Positions 14,101 through 26,100 of a stretch of 64,000 bases of DNA are shown in pieces. Every line of letters begins with the position of its first letter. The stretch's first letter is position 1. The position numbers and the translations under genes are program-made. The notes beneath the pieces were generated by a model. That model was not told the origin of the DNA. It was given only the letters and a program-made list of their open reading frames with translations, and did not search any database. Source of the DNA: Trichosphaerium sp. ATCC 40318 (taxonomy: Eukaryota; Protista; Tubulinea); the NCBI GenBank assembly GCA_038496445.1, contig JALMLS010000568.1, positions 1-64,000 of the forward strand, given 5' to 3'.

Positions 14101-17100
14101 GGTCGCAGTAAGTACACCTTAAACATAAGATCTATTTTTCCATTATTTTTTTTACCATCCCTCATTTTCCATCTTTGAAGATTTGTCTAACACAATATCA
14201 AGGCCACTTTGAACGCTGGGTACCATGGAGAATTAGCAGGTGGAGGATTACCAACAGAGAAAATGTTCAAGTCAAGAATCGATGCTTTAGTATCAAAACT
14301 TGAGCCTGGAAATGGTGTATCAATTAATGCTTTATTCTTGAACCCAAGACTTTGGGGACTTCAGTATCCATTAACTTGTAAATTATCTGAAGAAGGATAT
14401 CCAATTGATGTACGTCAAAACGGACTTGACACCATTCTTTGTTTCAAGATTAGCTTACAACTCTGTAGGGTTTTTGTATTGCTGCTGGTGTACCAACACT
14501 AGAAAAAGCAAATGAAGTCCTTAAATCGCTTAAACGTGTTGGCGTGAAGCATGTTAGTTTTAAACCAGGATCTCTTCAAGCTATTAAAGATGTTGTAGAG
14601 ATTGCAAGGTGACATCTAACTTCAGCAACCGATTTATTTGTTAACCTTTTGCTTAGACAAAACCCAAAGTCCCAAATTATTATGCAGTGGACTGGTGGTC
14701 GTGCTGGAGGACATCACTCTTTTGAGGACTTTCACAGACCTCTTTTGAGTACATATGGTCTTATTCGTCAACAGTCAAATATAACACTTGTTGCTGGAAG
14801 CGGTTTCGGCGATGCAAAGGTGAGATTGTTTACTAATCTGCTTTTTTCTTATTTAGTAATAGGGTTCGTTTTTCTACATGACTGGAGAATGGAGTAAACA
14901 GTTTGGTCTTGCTCCTATGCCATTTGATGGTGTCCTAGTAGGCTCTCGGTGCGTATTTCGTTTGATTGTTTTTTTGAGGCTGTGGCTTACTTTCTCGCAG
15001 TGTCATGGTTGCCAAAGAGGCAGGTACTAGTCTTGAAGTAAAGAAGTTACTTGTAGCAACTCCTGGTGTACCAATGGCTGAAGAGAGGAAATGGGAAAAA
15101 TCATATGATCAAGACGCTGGTGGTGTTATCACAGTAAAGAGTGAACTAGGCGAGCCTATCCATAAAATTGCTACAAGAGGTGTTCGGCTATGGCGTGAAC
15201 TTGATACAAAAATATTCAGCTTAAAGCGAGATAAAAGACCTCAAAAGATAGAACAAATGAAGGACTATGTCATTGCAAAACTAAACAGCGATTGGCAAAA
15301 GGTAAAGACAAGTTGAGAAAAAAACAAGAATATCTCTTGTTACAAAAAAAAAGTCGTGGACGAGAACGTTGCGAAGTAGCCATTATAAGAACTTTAATTA
15401 TCGCCAATGTTTGGATAGGGGAACTAATTTTACATAGGTTTACTTTGGTAAAAAGCGTAATGGTGTTGTTGCTGATATACCTGATATGACATATCATGAA
15501 GTTATTTATCGTATGGTTGAGCTCATGTTTGTTTCAAAAGATGGCTCAGAAGGGCGATGGATTCATCCTGATTATGAAACTCGCGTATTTAACTTTGCAT
15601 TACGTGTAGAAGAACGTTTTAGACGCCTGGATAAGCGAGAACCTTCGAAGTTGCCTCCGAGAAAGGATTTGCATGAAAAGCCTTTCGCTTGGGTTGACAA
15701 GGTACGCTGTTTTTTGTTTTTCACGTGCTTTGCTTATAGAATTATAGGTTTGTACTGTACTATTCCGTGGAGCTTCTACTATGCTTCTGGGATCTGAAGA
15801 CGTTGACTATTTCGTACAATTATGTCGTAAACGTGGACAAAAACCTGTCAATTTCATACCAGTAATTGATAAGGACTTGGAATATTGGTTCAAGAAGGAT
15901 TCTCTATGGCAATCTGAGAATCTTTGGGCAGTTCAAGGACAAGATGTTCAACGTGTTGCTATCTTACAAGGACCAGTAGCCGTAACACACAGGCACGGAA
16001 GCTTCACACCATACGACACTTTCTTTCATTTTTACACCATTTTTTTTGTGTGGTGTGCTGATCTAATGTTCGCGCTATAGTAATAAGGTTGATGAGCCTA
16101 TCGGTGATATACTCGATGGTATTCATGAAGGACTTATTGAAATGCTTAAAAAGGGATATAAGGATGATATCCGAGTTGTTGACTCGATTGGATTACCTGA
16201 GCCTAGAAAGCCTAGTTTGTCAATCGATGTCATTGAAGATAAGACAACATGCTCTGTCACTGTTCCACAAGGTTCAAAAATTACTCTTTGTGCATGGAGA
16301 GCATGGTTATGTCAAGGTAAATATAACGCCTGTGATATCCTACTTTTCGTTGTGCTTACCTATTTGTTAAGGGAATTCTGGATGGCTTCATGCTGCGCTT
16401 ACAACAAATCATATAATACAAGGTAAAAAGAAAGGAGAGAATATAATCAGAAATCTTCTAGAGCCTGTTCCTGGCAATTCATATAAGGTACGTATAAAGT
16501 GTTAAGTTACTATTATTGTGTTGCTTATTCGTATGTTTGTAGCTTATTAAAGAACCAAAAGAGAATCGCGTTATAGCTGTTGAAGTATCTAAAATACGAG
16601 ATTCTGCTCCAGAAGAGAAGATTGTATCGGTTAGAAGAACAGCAGATCAAACGCCAAATGCTGAAACTTTCTCACTTAAAATCTATCATATCCGCCCAAG
16701 ACTCGATGGAATACCGCCAGAAAGCATACCGTTAGAGCTTAAATATGAATTCAAGCCATTGCAAGGTACGTACAACATGATGTAGCAGTTCAAGTGTTCG
16801 CGAAGTTATTTGTTCTTTCTTTTTTTTGCATTGTCGCTAACTTTACCAGGTTATGCACCTATTCATGAAGTCATGTCTGGTAAAAACCTACGGATAAAAG
16901 AGTTTTATAGCAAGTTGTGGTTCCTTGATGGACCACCAAAAGGTGTCAACGAGCCGCTACTTCAAGCACGCTATACATCTCAAACAACTCTAACTAAAAA
17001 GGTACTTATTTATTTCCATTATTATTTGCGCTTCTGCTTTGGGAGATAACTCAACCTGCTTGCCTTTTATGTACTTAATAATTGTTCCAGGACATCACTA

Positions 17101-20100
17101 CCTATTCTAAATCGATCAATCATGTACCAATGAAGAATTCAGAGCGTAAACTTTGTGCACCAATGGACATGGCAATTGTTATTGCTTGGGAGTCTTTAAT
17201 CAAACCTTTATTTTCTCCACATGTTGATGCGAATATCCTTGAGTTGGTTCACTTACGAAACGAGTTTGCATGGACCACTGCAGCAACACAATCTCATTTA
17301 CAGTTTGCTGAAGGCGACGTTGTGACTGTAAATTCAGAAGTTGTCAAAACTGAAAATTTACCAGCTGTACGTGTTGCTTCCTTTCTTTTACCTCTTTGAT
17401 ATCTATCACGTGATTTATAGTTTGTTTATGATTATTAGGGACAACTTATTTCCGTTCTGGCCACACTTAAGAAAGCAGGGACTGACGGACCCTCATTGAA
17501 AGTAAAGAGCGACTTTTTATTCAGAGGTGGAAAACCTTTTGATGTTACATTCACAAAAGATCAACATTTACGTTATACTGTTATTGAGTCAAAAGAACAG
17601 CTTCGTATTTTACAATCAAAGCCATGGGCTGAGTGGAATTCGGACGGTATGCCAAAACTTGGCGATCAACTCATTTTCGAAGTCAGCACATTATCGCTTA
17701 AAAGGTACCTTAACTTAGATTGAACTTGTACTTGTCGTGTAGCTCCACAATTATTTTTTTCTTGTTGTTGGCAACGCCTTGTATACTAACGCTCGTGTTA
17801 GTGCTGAAGGATCATCTGTTACTTCCACAGGAAGAATTTGGAGGAGACAAGAATCAATCGAATTGCATCACAATACTGCACCTGAAGGCAATATTATTGG
17901 AACTATTAATCATGAACACAAGAGTTCAAAGGGTATTGTTGATAGTTACCTTAAGCGTGCTACTGTATTGTTTGATAGTACAACATACTTTAAAAGCGGA
18001 GGATATAACATGCTAGCACAAGTACGTCGATGTCTTCCAAACGTAGTGCTTATACTTCTTTTTCTTAAGGTTGATAAAATTGACGCACCGAAGAGTAATG
18101 GAGAATACGCTATTGCCAGTCATGATTTGAATCCAATTCACACAAACCCATATCTTGCAAGGCTAGCAAAATTACCAACAACAATCACACATGGCATGTG
18201 GAGCAGTGCAAATGCTAGGTATAACTATTTCACTCTCAAAATCTAGTTTATTAACGAATCATTAGACGTGTTGTTGAGTGCTATGCTGCTCAAAATAGAC
18301 CTGAGAGAGTAGTATCTTTCCTTGCTGAATTTAATGGCATGGTTTCTCCTGGAGGTCTGTTATTCTTTGTATTCTGTCAAGGTAACTCACTGTTTGTTTA
18401 GACGTGCTATCAACTACTATAAAACATGTCGGTATGAGACGTGGTAGACAACTCATTGAAGTCGCAACAAGAAACCAAGATGGTATTGTTGTTCTAAAAG
18501 GAAAATCAGAAGTACACTCGCCACCTTCTGCTTATGTATTCACCGGTCAAGGTAAGTTCAACTGGTTGCTTTAAGCACTCTAAAAACTGATGAGTTTTTA
18601 ACTTCTTTGTACAGGTTCTGCTGAAGTTGGTATGGGTATGGATCTATATAAAAAGTCCTCAGTTGCTAGTAAAATATGGGATAAGGCAGATCAATACTTT
18701 ATACAGAATTACGGTTTCTCTATTTTGAACATTGTCCGAGCCAATCCAAAAGAAATTACAATTTACTTTGGTGGTCAACGTGGTGATATTATAAGGGAGA
18801 ATTATCGTAAATTAAAACAACGTGTTAATGTTAAAGACAGTGAGGGTAAAATTATTGCAGAAGAAAGACCACTGTTCCCTGACATCACCGTAAGTTTATT
18901 TTTCATCCTTTTTTTTTGATCATCACTTTTCTTACTTTATTCTCATAGGAAATATCACCTTTCTTTAAGTTTCTTCATCCTGATGGTCTTTTATTTGCAA
19001 CGCAATTCTCTCAACCTGCTTTGGTTCTTGTAGAATTAGCTGCATTTGCAGATATGGAAGAAAGAGGCTTGGTACGCTCTTAAACACAAGATTCCTTTTG
19101 GCAATGAGTATCTAATCATGTTTACAGATCTCTAATGAGTCTTACTTTGCCGGTCACTCCCTTGGCGAATACTCAGCGCTGGCTTCAGTTGCTTCAGTAC
19201 TAACTGTAAAAGCATTGGTTGAAATTGTCTTCTTGCGTGGTATGACAATGCAAAATGCTGTACAAAGAGATGCACAAGGAAGATCTCAGTATGGTATGGT
19301 TGCTGCAAACCCAATACGTGTGAACGCTCATAAATTCAACTCTGAACATTTACATGAAGTAATAAACGCTATTGAAAAGCAAGGAAAAGAGCTCCTACAG
19401 GTATGATTTTAATGACAACCAAAAAAAAGTCATAACATTTCTTGCTATGCGTTTCTCGTATGTTAATTTGCTCCTAGGTTGTTAATTACAATGTTGAGAA
19501 CTATCAATACGTAGTAGCCGGTGAAAGAAGCATGTTGAGTGCATTGAGCTTCGTTTTGACTGCTTTGAAGAAAGATATTTCTCAATTGAAGAACTTGGAT
19601 GCCCTCGTTTCGGAATGCCTCAAAAAAACTGAAGTACACATCTTTAATCTACTCATGAAGCTTACTTGTTTTTCTAGCAATCAAGGAATCCAAAAACAAA
19701 GATTGTACCACTCTCTCGTGGAGCTGCAACTATTCCACTACCTGGTATTGATGTACCTTTCCACTCTCGTTTCTTAAAGAGTGGTGTACCACCTTTCAGA
19801 CAAATTCTAATGGAGCGTATGGATCCACGATCTCTTGTTCCAGATGTTCTTGTTGGTACGTATTAATTTTGACCACAAAACTCAACACGTGTTTATCATT
19901 TCAGCCGTTCTAATATGTGTTTGCTAGGCCGTTATATACCTAATGTTGTAGCTACACCTTTCAGTCTTGATAAATCATATGTTGCTCTTGTACAGCGAGA
20001 AACAGGAAGTCCTGTACTTACAAAGACTCTTGCCGATTTTGAAAAAGCAGCAGCTGATCCTCAAATGCTCGCTTTTACTCTATTGGTAGAACTTCTTGCT

Positions 20101-23100
20101 TTCCAATTCGCATCTCCTGTGCGATGGATAGAAACGCAACACCTTCTTTTTGGTGAAATGAATATACAACGCTTGATTGAGGTAGGACCAGCGCCTACAC
20201 TACTCTCGCTAGCCAAGAGGACTCTTACTCTTCAGCAAGTACGTATTACCTTTTGAATGTACTGCACAAGAAGGTTGCTTGTGTACCCAGCCTTCAGCAA
20301 TTTTGATTCTTTGAGACTTCTATTTTTAATTGATTGTATCTACTAGGAGCAATATACTCCGCTTATGCCAAGAGAAATCCTTTGGATAAAACGTGATTTC
20401 GATGCTATTTACTATAACGTAAAGAATGAAGAACCTGCCGCACCTCAAGCAGAAAAAAGCCAAGTCCCAGCGCCTAAGGTTGTAGCTCCAAAGGCGGCAG
20501 CACCAGCACCAGTAGCAGTAGTACCACAAGCTACTTCTTCAGCGTCTGTACCTGAGGCTGATATAACAGCGCTGGCATTTGTTACTACACTTATTGCTTC
20601 TAAACTGAAAAAACCAATTGGTGATATCAAGCAAGCTGATACTATCAAACAATTAACTGGTGGAAAGAGTGCACTACAGAATGAACTTGTAGGTGACATC
20701 GAAAAAGAATTTGGTGGAAACTTACCAGAGGTACAGAATAGTTTGTTTGACTTCAAGTCTAATTTCTTTCGTAAAAAAAAGGGCGCAGCTGAAATGGGTA
20801 TTGGTGAGTTTAGTGGGAAGATTACATCCTATAATACTCTCGGATCTGTTGGTAAATCTCTCGTACAGAAACTTATATCATCTACAATGCCTGGAGGTTT
20901 CAGTATGTCCAAAGTGAAGGTACATACTAGCAACCAAAACCCATTCTAAATTTACTTTCAGGCGCACTTGAAGTCTACTTTTGGTCTTGGACCAAAAAGA
21001 AGTGATGGAGTTTTGCTACATGGTATAACAATGAAACCATCAAAACGTTTAGCAAATGCAAGCGAAGCTGAAGCTTGGCTTGGTAAAGTAGCAAGCGCAT
21101 ACGCTTCGCACAATGGAGTGTCATTAGGAAGTGTATGAACTCTTAGCTTTCTTTCGTTTTGTAATTCTTTACCCTAGGGAGCTTCTGCATCACCTGCTTC
21201 TGTTATGACTATGGCTGCCCCAGCAGCTGTAGCAAGACAACCTATCGCTGATAAACCAGTACGTTGAAGCTCAGAAAAAAAGGTTTAGTGTTAACCTTTG
21301 TTTCAGGTATCTGCTTTGAGTGTGATGCGTACAATCGTTGCTATGAAGCTGAAAAAACCAATCGGAAGTGTATCTACTACTTCTACAATCAAAGAACTCT
21401 CTGGTGGTAAATCAGCTCTTCAAAACGAAATACTCGGTAAGAAAGTAGTCAACACGTGTTTTTTTAACTTACAATCATTGTTGTAGGTGACTTGGCAGCT
21501 GAATTTGGCAGTGAACCTGAGGGCGCTGGTGAGAAACCACTCTCAGATCTTGCTTCGAGTATGGGCTCTTCATATTCTCAGTTGGGATCTCATGCTAGCA
21601 CGCTTGTAAGAAATATGCTTCGTGCAAAGATGCCTGGCGGTTTTGGACAATCTCAGATTGGTCAATACTTATCTGATAAATACGGTTTGGGACAAGGTAG
21701 ACAAGAAGGAATTCTACTCCAATCCCTTCTTGAGGCTCCTAAAACTAGATTTGGAAGCGATACTGAAGCAAAGGCTTGGTACGCATTCGAGTCATTTCAG
21801 CGCTATTATCTTACGTTCTGCAATAGGTTAGATGGTGTAGCGTCATCGTATGCTTCAAAGGAAGGCATTAATCTCAGTGGCGGAGCTTCTTCTGGTGTTG
21901 CTGTAGCAGGAGTGCAGTTTGATGGAGCTGCGCTTAAAAAGTATAAAGAGCAACAAGAAGTAATGATTCGTGAACAGCTTGATGCATACTACACCTTCTT
22001 AGGAGAAGATCCACTGCAACACCAAAGGTGAGTCTCGAAAATCTTTGCTTTTCACATCATCTCGTACTTATGACATTGTAGAGCTTTGCAATCTCGAGAC
22101 AGCATTGTATCTGAGCTTCAAGAGCGATTAGACTCTTTATCTACTGAACATGGTGGTGATAATTACTTTAAAGGGATACTACCTGTTTTTGATGAAAGAA
22201 AAACAAGGAGGTATAATTCTAGTTGGAATTGGACTCGACAAGATTGTTTGACTTTGTATTATGATTATGCATGCGGTAGAACTCCACGTGCGTTGTTTAT
22301 TATAACACTTTGTGGTCTGTTACAGGTTCGTTGTTTGCTGATATCTTTTGTTCAGAATGGAATCGTCAAATTAGAGAAAGATTGTATCATATTAAAAATA
22401 GAGCAACACATGAGTGTGCTACTATGGTTCAATGTTATATTACTAAAGCTGAGACAGATGGGTTCCCAGTTATTACATCTTTTATCAAGTTCCTTCATGA
22501 GCTATTACAAGAAGTGTTGTCAATTGAAACACCTGCATGTTACAGGCAAGCTCGCTTCTATTATTTTTTTTCGAAGAACGAAAAGCTGATAGTTTCAAAT
22601 AGGGAAATCCAAACGCCTACAGCTCCTCATGTACAAGTAGAAGACAATGGTAAAATCAACTACAGAGAGTTCCCTCGGGAGAATCTAAGAGATATTGCGC
22701 ACTATGTTGGTACGAAAACTAAAAAACAACGAAAAATATGAGTTTTTTGTTGATTGTCTTTCCCAGATGAAATGCGTGAAGGGCCAAAACAAGGACCTCT
22801 ATCAAATACTTCAGACAGTACCACTACAAAAGAAAATGGAAAATCTGAGATCGAGGAAATCGTCAAGTCACTTATTGCTGCAAAAGTTGACCAGAAAATA
22901 ATTGATAGTGTTAAGAGCAAATTTTCAGCTCTTACAGACGCAGTTGAGCAAGTTGAGAAGCGTGTACAAATGCCTTATCTTTTCTTACAACGTGCTGATC
23001 CAAATGATCCTTCAACACGTGTTTATGATAAAGAAGCAACAGACTTCTACTTAGACACCTTGAAGAAAATATCTGATAAAGGTTTCACTTTACAAGGAAA

Positions 23101-26100
23101 GGTAAATAATTGTTTATTTCAAAGATTTCTTAAAAACACGTTTTTATGCACGTGATTTCATGATTTCGCACGTTTTTTTATTACATCGTTCTAATAGATT
23201 ATAAGGTTGTTCTTATCACTGGTTGTGGTCGCGATTCTATTGGTGAACAGTTGCTTAAAGGACTTTTGAGAGCAGGTATGTTTGTTAATGCTGTATCTTC
23301 AGTTTTTTGTTTGAAAGTGTTTGCTTTCTTACTATTGTATTACAGGCGCTAAAGTTTATGCTACAACATCTTCTTTTAGTACATCAAAGTCGAACTATTT
23401 CAGATCTTTGTTTGATAACCATGGCGCTAAAGGCTCAGAACTGATAGTTGTTCCATTCAACCAAGTACTTTTTTTCATCGAAACCTTTTGAACCTTTAAT
23501 GTTATTTTCGTAAATCTCTTGTCCTTGAACTTTGTTTTACCAGATAGCGTTGTACTTGATAGTTTATTCATTTCATTTAGGCATCAATTCAAGATATTAG
23601 CACTCTTGTAGACTTTATTTATGATAAGGAGAAATCAGATGTAGATTACATATTACCGTTTGCTGCTATTACAGAGAATGGTAGAACTATTGGTGATGTT
23701 GATGGTAGATCAAGATTATCTCATCGTATTATGTTAACAAACTTGATTGTACTTATCGGTACTGTCAAGAACAAGAAGGTACATACAAGCGAACCATTGT
23801 CTCTTCAAAATATGTTAATTAATTCCGATTTTTTTCTTAGGCTAAACTTGGTATTGTTACACGCCCTGCTCATGTTATACTACCGTTATCACCTAACCAT
23901 GGTATATTCGGTTTCGATGGGTTGTATGCTGAAAGTAAACTTGGCCTTGAAGCGTTGGCTAACAAATGGAAATCAGAAGGTATCTTTCGGGTTTTTTTCT
24001 CTTTTTTTATCTACCTGTTTGGGCGAATAATTAACTGTTCATATTATAGATTGGAAAGATTATGTTAGTATTGCTGGCGCTGTAATAGGTTGGACCAGAG
24101 GAACCGGACTTATGCAACAGAACAACATTATCGCTCCTGTACATCTTTTTTTGTTAAACGCTTATCTTTTTTCACTTTCAGCTTATTGTACTCTAGGGCA
24201 TCGAAAAGCTTGGAGCTCGAACCTTTACAACCCAAGAGATGGGTTTCAATATAATGGGTCTGTTACATCCTGCTATGGTCAAGAAGGTGAGTTATAAATA
24301 CTTTTCTTTCTGCTTAAAGCAGAATGTTTGTTGTTTTCGGATTGTCTAAGTAATGTGATTTAGGCTCAATATGAACCTGTTTGGGCTGACTTCAACGGTC
24401 TTTTACACTTAGTAGATAATCTTAATGATGTCCTATCTAAGCTCCGTGACGCTCTTTATGAAGAGTCTAAAATCAAAAAGGTGCGAGATTGTTATTGCTT
24501 GTATCTTAGTTGCTTAAAATGCTTACACTGCTTAAAGGCAATTGCTATGGATAATTCGCTTGATAATGAAAGTACCAATGGAACAGCAAAAGCTCCAGTA
24601 GTTGAAGTAGAACCAAGGTACGACTGCTTGGAATTCTTTGTGATATTAACAGCTTCCTAGGGCTCATAATATTTCCTTCTCATTCCCAGAGTTGCCAGGA
24701 AAAGAAGACCTTGAGAAGATGAAAAAACTCAAGTACGATTAACTGCAATTTGTTATTGTTTACTTGGTTGTATAGGGGTATGATTGACTTGGAAAGTACA
24801 GTTGTTGTAACTGGATTTGGTGAATGGGGTCCGTTAGGTATGGCCAGGACTAGATGGGAATACGAAGCCTACGGTATGTCTTTCGGAGGTTTTTTTGTGA
24901 ATTTAATTATTGTTTATAGGCGAGTTTACCTTGGAAGGTTGTATTGAAATGGCTTGGTTAATGGGTCTTATCAAATACTCTTCTGATCCAGCAAAGCTTG
25001 GATGGGTTGATACTAAAACAAAAGCCTTAGTACCAGATCACAAGGTACCTTTCAAATCACTCAATAATTTCTGACGTTCTGTTTTTTTAAGATCAAAGAA
25101 GTTTATGAAAAGATCATTACAGAACATACTGGTATACGCCTTATTGAACCGGAGTTATTTGATGGATATGATCCAAAGAATAAGGTACCAAGAGAATTTT
25201 AGGATTACTTTTGTGTTAGGGAAGTGTTAATTTATTAATTTCTTTTTTTTTAGATGTTCCTTCAACAAGTTGCTATTAATCATGACATGAACCCTATTGA
25301 AGTATCACCTGAAGAAGCTCAAGAATTCACAAAGAAACACGGCGATAGCATAGATGTATTTGAACGTGATGGCGCTTTGTTCATGAAACTCAAAAAAGGT
25401 AAAAAACTCTTTCTTTCAAAAATTCTATTTTGACCGCTCGCCTTTCGTTATGAATGATAGAGCTAATATATTTACAAAGGTGCTGTTGTATACATTCCAA
25501 AAGCAAGAGCATTCACACGCCTTGTTGCTGGTCAAGTACCTTCATTTTGGGATCCAAAGATCTTCGGTTTCCCAGATGATATTTTCAATCAAGTTGATAG
25601 AGTTACTTTGTACACTCTTATATCATGTGTTGAAGCTTTATTGTGTAGTGGAATAGTTGGTAAGGAAAACACCACAATAATTTTTTACGGGCTTTAAACT
25701 CACTACTTTACTTCTAGATCCATATGAATTCTACAAGTTTGTACATGTATCAGAAGTAGGAAACACAATAGGTACAAATTTTTGAATCAAGATTTGACAA
25801 AAAGCATCAAATCAGTTTGCTTTTTTTTCATCTCACAGCCCTTTATTTTAACCTTTCTGGTAGGTGGCGGTATGGGTGGTATGAATAGTATCCGTGATGT
25901 ACATAAAAAAAGATTCTTGGATCAATCCATACAAGGAGATGCTCTACAAGAGATGTTCATAAACACTGTAGCAGCATATGTAAATATGCTCTTATTGAGC
26001 TCAAGCGGTCCTATTAAAACACCAGTTGGCGCTTGTGCTACTGCTGTTGAGTCTGTAGATATAGCAATGGATACAATCTTACAAGGAAAGGCTAAAGTAT

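Noticed and set aside
23980-24049. GTATCTTT donor as a U12-type intron
   Set aside because: Imperfect match to RTATCCTTT and no TCCTTAAC branch site.
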